This document shows, piece by piece, positions 12,001 through 22,245 of a stretch of DNA of 64,000 nt (the first letter of the stretch is position 1; each line of letters starts with the position of its first letter). The DNA lies in NCBI RefSeq assembly GCF_964355755.1, contig NC_092672.1:29828437-29892436 (forward strand), written 5' to 3'. The stretch comes from Antedon mediterranea. Lineage: Eukaryota; Animalia; Echinodermata. A program made the translations under genes and the position numbers. The notes below the pieces were generated by a model. The model searched no databases. It had not been told where the DNA came from and saw nothing but the letters and a program-made list of their open reading frames with translations.

Positions 12001-13243
12001 TTGAACCGTCAAACTCGCTATTCAGTAGATAAACCCAATCCACGACAAAAAATACTGCAACACAATCACTTGTTGACTGACTCTTTAATACAGCAAATTC
12101 AGCCATAAACAGGGTGAACTGAAATTAAGCATACTTAAATCCAGCTCCAAGTAGTAATAAACATAACATAAATATAAACTATCTGCAAAACAGATCAAAC
12201 GTAGCGCCCTCTTACGGAGGTGTACATGCCTAAAGAACATATTAAACAAAGTCATCAAATAATCAACAGTGCCCTCATACGGACGTACTACTTCTATAGA
12301 TATGGCATACAAAATAGAACACCGCCCTCTACACGGAGACTCGTGTTTATCGCCATGCTGTTCAAGCGATCGTATACGATTCAATCTACGCAGGCCTAGG
12401 CCTACGACCACAATGTAGTATAGCATTAATAATCTAGGCCACTACTGTGGTTCATATAATTCTAATTATTGTAATATAATACTCTAACAACTTACAAGCA
12501 ATGTGCGGCCTACTAGTTTAGTAAATTACACACTATCTCGGCACAATAAGGCATTTAGAAGCCGAACTCTAGAACACATGTAGTCAATGCGAAACTTATA
12601 ACATGGATCCTATTTACATACGCCCTCTCTCGGAAAGGAACGATGCAGCTAAAATAGGAGCAACACAATAAGACTGATTGTGATTATGGTGATGATTACA
12701 ATGATTTCAACTGATAATCATATATCATTATTTAGTATTACTTCACTGAGTGTCATCATCATCATCATAAACGTATTCATTTCATTTATTGTTTTGTTAT
12801 CGTTATTATCAACATATATATTCATTGTATTCTTGCATGTTGTTTCTGGTGTTTGATTCATAACTTCTTTTTGTTCATATCTTTTCTAAAAAGTACTATA
12901 GTTTAAGGAATTTTCTAATAACAATGCCGTTTTTACTGTCGCCTTTGTCTTTTTATTCTGACTTATAAGTAGTATACATTTTAATTATTTTGCAGGTGAT
13001 GAATGCTCGAAACCAAACCTTTTCCACGTCCACGTTTCCACAACTGGAAATGCGCCACCATCGGTTATAAGCCGTTCTTCTTCACACTCGGAGGTCTTCT
13101 GCGTATTGAAATGTCGCAGAAACATAAATTGTTTCGGAATTATTTATAATCACGAAACACAAAGCTGGGAAGAATTTAACGGAAATAATTTGTCAAATAT
13201 TGAGACAGATTTAATTCGCAAGTACTACGTAGCAGTTCGGTAA
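85..13243 (+). CDS. Copy 1: secreted multidomain lectin-like protein (signal peptide, F-type lectin, LamG3/ConA, PAN/Apple), 450 aa, apparently intact
   Basis: Exons 85-142, 878-985, 1353-1436, 4052-4291, 4815-5429, 12996-13243, all GT-AG and phase 1. They sum to 1353 nt with an open frame ending in TAA. Signal peptide MMYLFICFCFLFNFLNSHA; F-type lectin motifs LISYGKPATSLS..STDG..CFHS, WLKVDLG, CNPPIRGRYV, ITICEIKV; LamG-like DISGNGN..WTFFALTF..RLWRNG; PAN-like CVLKCRRNINCFGIIY..YY (the last PAN Cys is Trp in this copy). Confidence 0.82.
1628..1840 (+). mobile_element. Short 3' end of an L2/CR1-type non-LTR element in intron 3 of copy 1
   Basis: Absent from the paralogous introns. Has a stem-loop (ggacctcat..aagtcc/ggactt..atgagttatcc), AATAAA and an (AATCA)n tail, with a possible ACT duplication at the ends. 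Confidence 0.6.
2612..4016 (-). mobile_element. 5'-truncated L1/Tx1-like LINE (ORF2 C-terminus with zf-RVT-like region, 3' UTR, poly-A)
   Basis: 10-bp TSD CGTACATCTT at 2602-2611 and 4017-4026; T-run (poly-A on - strand) at the left end. ORF 3602-3985 reads W..IY..PF....RIFQYKI...L.TN..L......SNMC, followed after a stop by ETMTHLLVEC. Paralogs have the empty site. Confidence 0.85.
5523..6207 (-). repeat. 3' LTR of the BEL/Pao element
   Basis: Direct repeat of 11983-12667 with 3 mismatches seen by eye (5656/12116, 5810/12270, 5843/12303). Confidence 0.97.
6318..11972 (-). CDS. BEL/Pao gag-pol polyprotein (Gag with 3 Zn knuckles, aspartic protease, RT, RNase H, integrase)
   Basis: Knuckles CPLHNGQHPLVDC, CFRCLSSTSHMARNC, CGECGSDRHPTAFH; protease ILDDQS; RT FYVDDGL; RNase H FSDAS/RLEL/YTDS/NPAD; integrase HHCC plus GLDVFGP, RSDCGTN, WER. 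Domain order PR-RT-RH-IN. Confidence 0.96.
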   Translation of the reverse strand: MSTSSRRRDGARDEARSIGSRSHRSKASSQSVSSLEVSAAQARADAAVAKARVTFAKKKSAAKLEALKAELDIDEVEKEEEMAAAQARANALQAELQHISFEDIEEELSQLESNNQMEEVQGTPQDAVPSQRMAEVLNELPKMEPSQRVENYLNNAVEVPTSTLNPGARSYEPNHMQEYIRILARQRLPLQEPDIYSGDPIMFLPWKRSFEAMVKTACVDTVEKLSFLCKYTTGEAKVLVDRFRLRHVEDVDKAYHEAWTELEDRFGNQTLISAEIILRLTKYRRFKAGDLTALQELADLCGDAVAQMQELPHLITLNTPQGIKPIVEKLPYFIINKWREKVAKHKRKMKTFPNFNIFTEFLSEMAHIQRDPDVPRGIVDEVKTDTPGNYRTQTGYRPKTTLRSTVNVRMTEVNKSEGMCPLHNGQHPLVDCRNFLAKTYAAKKSSLKENQVCFRCLSSTSHMARNCDRNVRCGECGSDRHPTAFHGDRPQKANGGEQVKVEQKANGGEQVKMKQKAKGEKANGGEQGTESQKTKERDKVVSTTCTDACGGIGLSRSCAKICLAKIYLEDHPNTFIKTYIILDDQSNRSLAKSEVFDLFNINARLTSYTLKTCSGAAEVQGRKLEKLIIESMDGKTRIAAPSLLECNDIPGNKAEIPTPETASNFPHLKDIADKIPPLDENANITILLGRDAAQAHKVREVRNGPNHSPWGQRLDLGWMVIGDVCLGGAHQKNVVTANRNHIKVLRNGRPSAMFTTCKGMISAKEITLQRSCDVLGGNVFQQKEDDEKYGMSREDVEFVQLMGKEMKRGEQGNWIAPLPFREERKRLPNNKQQAMNRMQSLIRTLDKKPEMKAHYLAFMEKVFSKQHAELVEDDSHDEECWYLPHFGVYHPQKPGKIRLVFDSSAQFQDTSLNNVLMSGPDLVNGLLGVLIRFRQDPVAFVADIEQMFYSFQVVEEHRDYLRFLWFEDNDPSKVLRTYRMKVHIFGNKPSPAVATLGLRKTAQEGESEFGADAREFVEKNFYVDDGLKSLATSDEAIDLLKRTQAMLATANLRLHKIVSNDAKVIAAFSSQDVASNMCNLDLGSDAPLMQRSLGVLWDVKSDAFTFSITEVSSKAFTKRGVLSEINSIYDPIGFASPVIIEGRRLLREMTRNQCIDWDEPLPKQLHDSWQKWRSSIVQLSDVLIPRPYTSFPSNQSIQRELHTFSDASNTAIGAVSYLIRITDKVGEVHLSVVVGKAKLAPKAATSIPRLELCGAVLAAEVAKCVKTELDFNLDATHFYTDSKVVLGYIRNKTRRFYMYVANRVDQILQSTKPEQWKYVKTDINPADQATRSIKAKDLQNSAWIQGPRFLLNKNSCERNTTVCDISEIEEHPEVRPVVATSGTEVQSAKSLGSERFSRFSNWGNLVRAIGSLVHIACTFTETKKKDCSGWHVCMIPPPVLIKAKQIVVKCAQLDEFTAEINHMKNGKHLPKTSTLVKLTPYLDNEGVMRVGGRLEMGLAKEGAHPMILPKHHHVTTLIIRHYHQQVQHQGRHLTHGRIRSEGFWIIGGKRSISKELGKCVVCKKQRGKQETQKMADLPKERLTSAPPFTYVGLDVFGPWMVRTRRTRGGQANGKRWAILFTCMCSRAVHIEVIECMDTSSCLNALRRFFAIRGPAKQQRSDCGTNCVGACNILGESIQKEGQDKIKRYLLTRECEWVFNPPHASRMGGSWERMIGVARKIIDGIVLVTLMAEVSGIINARPLVEVSTDPESPQIISPNTLLTQKSQPFAAPPGAFCNADLYGKQWRTVQHLANKFWSKWKRDYIPTLQNRSKWQHEKRNIKEGDIVLLKEKDTVRNDWPLGRIVKAIEGSDGRVRRVEVTVYRGGELKTFARPISELVLIMPTP
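11983..12667 (-). repeat. 5' LTR of the BEL/Pao element
   Basis: Direct repeat of 5523-6207, lying 10 nt upstream of the gag ATG on the - strand. Confidence 0.97.
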
Positions 13244-13931
13244 ACTGATTGCAAGTTTAAAATTGTGATTTAGGCCTACTATTACCGAAAATAGAGTAAA
13301 AGGCTATATGGCTTTCTCCCTCCCTAAAATGTATTGTGCGAAAAAGTACATAGTAATTTCATTCACAATTTTAAAATATTTCGAACGCGGCAGCATTGAG
13401 ACAAATCAAAATTGACTTGGAAAATTAAACATCACAGATCGCTTTATATTACCGATACCGATTTAATATTTGGGATGACTTAACATTTAGGAGAAAATCT
13501 GTCAAAAGATTATTAAATTAAATTATTAAAATTATTAAAATATGTTCTTGGTCAGGCAATTATCTTTTGATAACGTCATCACGTCTACAAATTTGATTGA
13601 CCTTGGTAACCTAATGTCACGTGTATTTTGTATAGAAATATTATTATTATTATGAATGGTTTATTATTTTACGTGTCATTCAAAGTATATTGCACCCCCT
13701 TTCGCTCTTATAGCTGAATTGTATTATCATCAGAAAGATAAAATTTAATAAAACATAACCTGACTTGGCATAAAGAAATATGATATATATTAATTGTATT
13801 ATGCTAGACTCTAACTAAATAAAGTTTTAAAAATAAAACTAATAAAAATAGAAGAAGACATAATAAAATAAAATGATAATAATAAATAAATAATGAAATC
13901 ATAATAAAAATAGAATAATAAAACAATTAAA

Positions 13932-13935
<4 letters not shown>

Positions 13936-14015
<80 letters not shown>
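13936..14015. repeat. (TA)n microsatellite
   Basis: About 40 TA units; the paralogous spacers carry only a short TA run. Confidence 0.95.
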
Positions 14016-14020
<5 letters not shown>

Positions 14021-15259
14021 ACACATCAGGCACAGAAAAAGAAATAACAATAAAAATAAAGGAATCAAAATAAAAGAAACATGAGACAGACAGCAAATAT
14101 GTCATGACAGTTTCAAAGAAAGGAAGTTGTTCATGTTAATTCAGACTAAATGAAATGTTCAGTAAATGTAGTCAGTAACATACAACAGTCGTGAGATAAT
14201 TTCCCGATTGATTGTAATCAAAACGGTACTGGGTATGGTCTATTAGTTTTTCTGCTCCCAACCAGTACATCCATTCATAGAAGCTTTGATGAAGTAAGCC
14301 TACCTGGTGGTAACCATAGAACTGTTCCGAGATAACGACTAAACTTCGGCTTTAGTCGATAGAAGATTGAAAAAATTGTTAGAGATTATAGCAGATAAAT
14401 GTGATATTTAAGGTTGTATATTGTTTGTTATTACATTAAATTAGATATATATTGTACCACGATGACAGTTGTAGCCGATAGATAAAATAATTAACTAAAT
14501 ACAAATAACAACAAAATAAATCAATCATTTTTTTTTTCATTTGTTCACTTTTGAAAAAATGTAAAATATCATAACACATTAAGATTAAAGGAAAGGAAAT
14601 ATTCAAAAAGGTTCCAATTCCACGAATTGAAAAAATGACGTTTCGTTTAATATGGCTAATAATAGAGATTTTTAGACAAGAATTTCTCTTCTCATCAATC
14701 AAAGGTTTTAATTCTGTTTTCAATTTTTACAAAAACTTTTATCTTGAATGTTTTTAACTTGATCGTTTGTATAGTATTCGTTTTATTATAATAGAATTTA
14801 AAATACATTTAAAGTCAATTCTAAAGTTTGCTAGTGTCTATTTCTTCAACTTGTTTTCTGCAGATTGTCGAAGTTTGTCAACGGGTTTATACTTGTAAAC
14901 TTTTGAAAACCTTTCTTGATAAACTCGGAGTTTCCTCGAGTTTACAGTTCTTAGGTTTACATCATTAGGTAAAACAAAAGTTTATTAAGTAGAAAACGTT
15001 TACATTTTTTACTATGTTTTAAGAAATTATATTATATTTTCGCCTAGACTGTTCGATTCACAATATCACGATATAACTTGCTCTTTTGTGTTTCAACTTT
15101 ATTCTGTTTTGGACTCGTCTGTTGTAGAATATAATATTAACTAAATTTAATGAAAATATAGTAAATACGTCATTATTGAGAGGCTGTAGCTAATTAGAAT
15201 ACGAAAATCCATCGAGATCAATGGCCATTTTTGAAATGTAGAGAAGTCTTATGCGTTGC

Positions 15260-15267
15260 TGACGTCA
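15260..15267. promoter_or_regulatory. Palindromic CRE site TGACGTCA about 300 bp upstream of exon 1 (also 30680-30687 and 59089-59096)
   Basis: Perfect in copies 2, 4 and 8; mutated in copies 3 and 7 (TGTCGTCA) and in relic 5 (TGACGACA). Function is not shown. Confidence 0.35.
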
Positions 15268-15734
15268 AATAGAAATAAATAGTTAATTAATATTGATACA
15301 TTACAACCGGTACTCTATAGTTTGGCCTAAAATATTAACAATTTTTCATTTTATGGTCACAATAAATGGTAATTATCTCTTAATTTTTTTAACACATCAT
15401 ACATACTCACGTTTGTATTGTTTGTCTTGTTGTTTGAATATGTATGCAAGCGTAGTAGGATTACAATGTCAGTTTATTAACAGAAAGAATGTAACCAACA
15501 TACATTCTTCGGAAATAGTAACAAGTCAATCCGTTTTACAAGAGAAAAACTTAAGCGAAGTCATGATGTATTTGTTTATTTGTTTTTGTTTTCTTTTCAA
15601 CTTTTTGAATTCTCATGCGGGTGAGTTGATTCTTATTTTTTTCTTCAAATAGGTAGTACTAATACAAATTGTTGTTTTGTGCATTTAAGTAAAAAAAAAT
15701 TGGTATTTTTTTGGCTAAAATGCAACTAATTCAT

Positions 15735-15859
15735 AACAAGGCCAACAGCCATTAAGTCGCGTGCTACAATGCATAGTGATACCGGACCGACACACAGACT
15801 GACAGACCGACAGACAGACCGACCGACATAGTGAACTAGAGAGTCGCGTCCACGCGACT
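15735..15859 (-). mobile_element. DINE-1/HINE-like non-autonomous Helentron element in intron 1 of copy 2
   Basis: 125-bp insertion into an A/T run with no clear TSD. Terminal hairpin AGTCGCGTCCACGCGACT, subterminal repeat AGTCGCGTG, (GACA/GACC)n microsatellite core and a CTTGTT end on the - strand. Confidence 0.75.
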
Positions 15860-18371
15860 AAAAACATTCCAAATTCAATTACAATATTTATGAGAATAGT
15901 AAATAATGTATTTAAAACACTAATTCATATAGAAAAAAAATATCATGTAATATTAATGAGAATATTTATTTTCGTGTGTTTAAAAAATGTATGTAAATAT
16001 TATGATATTTGCAGTCTTCTGCTTTAAAATATAATGAATATAGTTCTATGAATGCAAAAAGAATGAAAAAACGGTCTTCATAATTTTAGATTCTTTTCTT
16101 TATTAAAAAATAATGCGTATACATTTTTCTTAGGTACAATTTTTAATAAACGTATTTGAAAGAAATATAAAAACTAATAATAAATTTGACATTCATAGCT
16201 AATAGAATAGAATTTTGGAACGACGATAAAGGCATCATGCACATATCTCTACTTTTTAAAGAATTATTTGTAACCAATTAAATCAAAATAATAGATTTCT
16301 CAATAATTTATATAAGTGTTTGATTCCTTATACATATCTCATATATGTACTATAATCCATAGCTCGTTGACAAATCTACACTTTGTAACGAAATAAAATT
16401 TATTTCAGCACTCATATCTTATGGGAAGCCAGCAACATCATTGTCTGTATATCCAGGTTCTTCACCTGTATATTCGACTGACGGGAAGGAAAGAACATAC
16501 TGTTTCCATTCAGGTGATATACAGTCTAGACCACCGTAATCTAAAATAAATAATTATGTACAGCGATCCATATATGGTTATGCCATGGAGAAATAAGTTA
16601 TATTTCTCCATCCATGGTTATATACGAAATTCGCATGGGTTAGGCCTATTTGGTTTGCGCGAGATGAACATTGATACAAAGGCCAACAAAGAGATTTGGC
16701 GTTTTTTCATCGATTTTGGCATAAAACTGATTCCATTCGTGAAACTGTAACAGGTTCAGCTATTGAAGTGTCAAGAATTGCAATTGAGGAAATTTTATTT
16801 TCGGGCTATACCGGGCCACAAAAATATGGCGAATATTTACTATTGGCCGCCTTGGCTATACGGTATTTAGGGCTATAACTTTACGTAAACAGATACAAAT
16901 TCATAACATAAAATATTTACATTTGTTAAAGCAAAAACACAGGTTGCTGAATGGCTGAAAGTTGATCTTGGAGCAAACTATACGATTACAACAGTGGTCA
17001 TCGTTAATAGAATAAGTAAACTTATTTATCGCAATTATTAATGTCATTTTCACCTTCCATTCCACGTACAATTATCATTTTTATACGTATTTAATTTATC
17101 ATTTTACCTAATAAATATAAAAATAATATAATATATTATAAATAATATATAAATATATAAAACAATATTATTGTTTTATATATTTGCACATTCTACGAAA
17201 GTAGTCAAGCCGCTTGTGGAAAACAAAAGAAAAACTAATCCGTAAACAAAACAAAAAATACCAAATCTAGACAAAACTCCACATAACTGCTTTCCGTTTA
17301 CTATAGTACAAAACTCACATTTGTTTGTTTATTATGTAAGCATCTCACTAGACAATACAAATCAGTAGGCTGGGGACGGACGCATTTTGTATAATTATTT
17401 GTGAAATGATGACTTTTTGGCTTATTCTGTTGTTGTTGCGGCCGAACAATGGGCCAGAATTCAAACTCTTTTGACTTTATGACATTTTGTTTTGTCCTTT
17501 TTTATAGCCCACTTTTATTCATTCTTTCCTGCATATCCTAACATAATATTTAGAATTCTCTTTTTCAGTGTATAAACCATTATTATCTAACATATTTAAC
17601 ATTTGTCCACTTAAATTCTTTATGTTAATTTCTGAACAAACAAGACTTATTCAAATTATGTGTCAAATCATGATTTTACCAACAATTCATGACCACGTGA
17701 TGTTTCATTCCTTAACCAGTAAAACAATTTCATCAATAGATTTGACCCACTGTGTGCCGCAGTCATTATTGATCGTTATGGTATTCATTGTTTATCGTTA
17801 CGGTATCATTATCAATCGTTACGGTATCGTTATCGATATTGATGTCACTATCAGTATTGATCAATATTATTATGATCATCATTACTTAAATCTTACGTAC
17901 ATCTTAACTAAATATTTATAAACAGCTTCATCTGATTTTAACAATAAACGAATTGCTGGTGCTGTGGTAACGATTAAAACGGATGATAATGAGTACACAA
18001 ACCACGTGTGGTCATACTGTAACAATTGCCGATTCGTTACGCGCTCCATTGATTGAATTTACCTGCAACCCACCAATCAGAGGACGCTATGTGAAACTAT
18101 GGTTTCCGAATAAAAAGGAATACATTACCATTTGTGAAATTAAGGTCTACACAGATGATTTAAGCCAAGGTAAGTGGTTAGATAGGCCTAGTTTTTTTTT
18201 TATAATAGGCCTTTTATTATTTCTTTGTTTAATTGCCCAATATAACGACACCAGCTTAAAGTTTTCGTCCTGAATTATTTTTTTTGGATATACAAAGATG
18301 CAATGACTATTGATTTTCAGGAAAATCGAAATATTGGTGATGTCACAAAAGTGAAAAATGGAGTATCTGTA

Positions 18372-20537
18372 CAGTGGGAAAGCCACTTCGCGTTTTGACC
18401 GTTAAATCGTGTAAAATCGACTTACTTCCGCATTGACGATTTTGAAGCGCCACCTATCGTTGAAAACTGAAACCACGATTTTTCGTCGCCTAGCAAATAA
18501 GTGCTGTTTTATTTTAAGCTCTCATGAATATTTAAGAACCGCCCAACATTACCTATTATGGTAAAAGCATTTCCTAATAAGTATTATTGAATAACCAATC
18601 GGTTTCCTTCAAAGAAACCGAAGCTAATACAATACATTCGGCGACTGAAGTCGGGACTCGTGAAATTTATAAATGTGGTACGATTTGACTACTGTTTTGT
18701 TGTCCATTTTCTGAATAGTCGGAGGTGCATCCCAACAAATTAAAAAAACTATAATCAATTGTTTTATCAAGAATAATATTAGTGTAATCGAGTATGATAT
18801 ATTTCTATCCTGTTCAAAATTTGTTGGTGTATTCTCAGGCCTCGAAAGGTAGGTACATTTTCTAGCTGTGAGCGTGGTTTCGGCAACGCGAGACACGTGT
18901 GTCAGTAAAGGCGATAGCGAGACGTGTGTTGTACTGTGTTGATGCTGATCCGATAGTCGTTAAGTTGTACTGATTACGAGTATCATTGGTCCTGGCCGGC
19001 CTAGCCTGGTGATCTGATCCCCGCAAAAAAAATACTTTTTTCCAATCAGTATTAATATTATTATTTTGTTTTTCATTTATTATTTGATTTATTAGGCTCA
19101 ATAGATGCCTAGCTAGGCTACTAGTAGGCCTAGGCCTAGATTATATAAATAATAATAGTAAATACTGTAATTTAATTAATAAAATACAGCTTCCATTTGC
19201 CTTACTTTTATATCATCATATAATATTATAATTATATATACAACCAGACATTAACATTTTTTAAAAAATAATATTTATTATTTTTTCTGACACTTTCAGG
19301 AATCGTTGTTGATGATGCAGAGTTTTTGTGACTTCAAACTGAGAGTGAAGTGGATAAAAAGATGACACCGGTACCTACCGACATTGTCATACCCAAACTA
19401 TAATTTAATTATTTAAAACAAAATGTTGAATTACAAATATATATGTATGTTGCAGAGGATTTAGATGAATTACAATACAAATATTTATGTTGAATGCAAA
19501 CCTACTACACTATACTCTGTAAATTATGTTATTGTCATGTGGTAGACCTTAAAAATTGAATATTTATTGTATGTTAGGCCTATTTTATATTTTATTATTA
19601 CTGTATTAGTTTAATATTACTATTATTATAATTTATATTATACAGTACTAGTTTGTACATGTTTTTACCAAAAAAAAATGAATAAATAATTTGTTATTCA
19701 ATCTAATTGCTTGTTTGTTCATCAATAACAAAACAATTGTAAGCAAGTATATAACAGTTCTTGTTAGCCGCTTATTTCAGGTCATATTATTAATATTAGC
19801 TAGGCCCGACGCGTCCGATCACAACGTCACTAAGTGACTTTCCGCCCCTGGAACAATCGGTCGCTAATATGGCTAGGCCTCGGACTCGTATAAAAGCTAT
19901 TATAATAGTTATGATAAATATTCCTCAAAATGTATACTGTGATAAATAAACAAGTAATAATATACGTTGTATTGGAATGTATTTATTGATATGAATTCTT
20001 ATACGCGGACAATTATAAACATCGCGTATATCGTTCGATATAAATAAATTCATAAACACGATGACGATGTGTTTACAAAATGGCGGTTTCGCTAGTTTTC
20101 GATGGAACAAATAGTGGTACCTTTAGTTTGAATAGTCGGAGCTGCATCCCAACCACCGAATTTTGTATCTTAATATCGTATTCTGTAGATTATTAATTTT
20201 TCTAACAGCGATTTTAAATTCTGGACTGTTCAATTTTTCTAAATATTTTATTTTAATGATTTTCTAGGGTACAATTTCGAAAAAAAGACATTGGTTGATT
20301 TTGCCGTTAAATTACAGATTATCGTTTTGTTAAAATACATTTAATTTTACATGACAATATACTAAAACCATTTATGAATTTATTTCACTAACAATATTTT
20401 TCCGATAATCAGCTAAATTTACAAATATTGTGTTTTTCCAACACCCTAAAATTTAGCAATTTTGAACTAAATTAGAAAAGTAGGGCGCCCTCTCCGAGTC
20501 GAAATTTGACACGATTTGTCGACTGGCTGTCCCACTG
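18372..20537. mobile_element. 2166-bp non-autonomous TIR DNA transposon in intron 4 of copy 2
   Basis: TIRs CAGTGGGA(A/C)AGCCA, flanked by TGTA on both sides (18368-18371, 20538-20541). The empty site GAGTATCTGTATCTTT is present in copies 1 and 4. No transposase ORF. Confidence 0.85.
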
Positions 20538-22245
20538 TGTATCTTTAATATGGGATCGAAGTATTAAATAGCGCGCCCTCTATTGATCTCCCCTTTTGTC
20601 AAGCGCTTAACTTATCTTTGTATTAGGCCTACTTCTTTTTCAGTTTTAATAATTTTGTACGAAGCCAATGTACAGAAACGAGAGTGGGAAAAGATTTTGC
20701 ACTCTTACCATAATTTTATAACTTGATATAATAACTTTTAAATAAACACAGAAAACAGTTAATTTTTTGTTCATATGAACGTGGGTCATTTGATGTTCTC
20801 AATTTCTACAGAGCCTCAGTGTGCGACTCCAATCCAGGTCAGTCCATTGAACAAGACTTACAATTTAAAAGACATATCTGGCAATGGAAATTACTTAAGT
20901 GGATCACCTGATCTAGCATTTACTACTGGTATTTATGGCGAGCAAGATGAAGCAGTATTGATAAACAAAGATATTGGTTCGCAAATAACATTACTCTATG
21001 GACACAAAGGCCCAACTTTTACATTGGCTTTCTATGTTCTCATGAACGACGGTTCAAAAAAGGCCTTCGTTTATTCCGACTCATTTGAAATTATATTTGC
21101 GTTTCCTGTTGATCATCTGTTTCATGTGTCAGAGGTAGCGGTTAATTACAACTTGTATGGTGAAGTTATTCGTTGCAATGTCATGCGTTCTGAAGAGTGG
21201 ACATTCTTTGCTCTTACATTTAACGGATTCGAAAGAAAAATACGACTTTGGCGAAACGGAGAGATTGCTTGTATGACTGATACGGAATTCTCGGAAATCA
21301 ATTTTGGAAGCATTGTGTTTGGTGGTGACGAGAGTGTAATGAAGATGGCTAAGCTACAGGTTTACCGTGAGAGCCTTGATGAATATGAGATCAAAGAAGC
21401 GAGAAACCTGTAAAATGTTATTAGGAGTAAGAATTATTGTCTTTAGTAAATAGACATACACATCAGTTAATGATTATGATTATCAATTGAAATAATTGTA
21501 ATCATCACCATATTCACTATCAGTGTCATCATCATCATCATCATCATCATAAATGTATTCATTTTATTTATTGTTTTGTTATCGTTATTATCAACATATG
21601 TATTCATTGTATTCTTGTTGTTTCTGGTGTTTGAGTCATAACTCCTTTTATGCATATTTTTTTATCCTTTCTAAAATTAGTACTATAGTTTAGAGTAAGG
21701 TATTTTCTAATAACAATGCTGTTTTTACTGTCGCCTTTGTCTTTTTATTCGGACTTAGAAGTAATATACATTTTTATTATTTTGCAGGTGATGAATGCTC
21801 GAAACCAAACCTTTTCCACGTCCACGTTTCCACAACTGGAAATGCGCCACCATCGGTTATAAGCCATTCTTCTACACACTCGGAGGTCTTCTGAGTATTG
21901 AGATGTCGCAGAAACATAAATTGTTTTGGAATTATTTATAATCATGAAACACAAAGCTGTGAAGAATTTAACGGAAATAATTTGTCAAATATTGAGAGAG
22001 ATTTAATTAGAAAAAATTAAAAAAAGTACTACGTAGCAGTCCGGCAAAACGGTTGTAATTGAATAATACTGGAAATAAAAAAGTCAATACAATAAAGTAG
22101 AAAGTGAAAAACAAAATAATACTAATAAAACAAATAATAAAGCAATGATTTAACATTTTTTAAATGTTGTAAAAAGATACAAAGAACAATGTTTTGATTT
22201 TCATCTTTTCTATAACAAGAATATTCATGTTAGTGAGTAAACAAT

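Larger units (their letters stand above)
5523..12667 (-). mobile_element. Full-length BEL/Pao LTR retrotransposon in intron 5 of copy 1
   Basis: Two 685-bp TG..CA LTRs, 5-bp TSD ATAAG (5518-5522, 12668-12672), a single 1884-aa gag-pol ORF, and a polypurine tract AGACGGGGAG on the - strand next to the 3' LTR. Confidence 0.97.
14390..20171 (+). repeat. Segmental duplication block A (near-identical to 58218-64000)
   Basis: Constant offset of about 43,830 nt. Shares the HINE insertion, the +A frameshift in exon 4 and the TIR element insertion. Confidence 0.9.
15563..22062 (+). pseudogene. Copy 2 of the lectin-LamG-PAN gene, pseudogene
   Basis: Exons 15563-15620, 16409-16513, 16932-17015, 17926-18169, 20812-21426, 21788-~22062. 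Lesions: +A frameshift at ~17989, TAA at 21411-21413, TGC>TGA at 21892-21894. Confidence 0.88.

Noticed and set aside
5625-12426. 113-aa ORFs 5625-5966 and 12085-12426 in the LTRs, and + strand ORFs inside gag-pol
   Set aside because: Repeated only because the LTRs are repeated, or antisense shadows of pol; no recognisable motifs.
16585-16612. Hairpin ATGGAGAAATA-AGTTA-TATTTCTCCAT in intron 2 of most copies, considered as an ncRNA or MITE
   Set aside because: Short AT-rich stem, disrupted in copies 3 and 7 without compensation; no convincing TIR/TSD.
18372-20537. ProtoRAG/Transib assignment of the TIR element
   Set aside because: Only one end has CACAGTG; no 5-bp TSD, no nonamer and no RAG1-like ORF.
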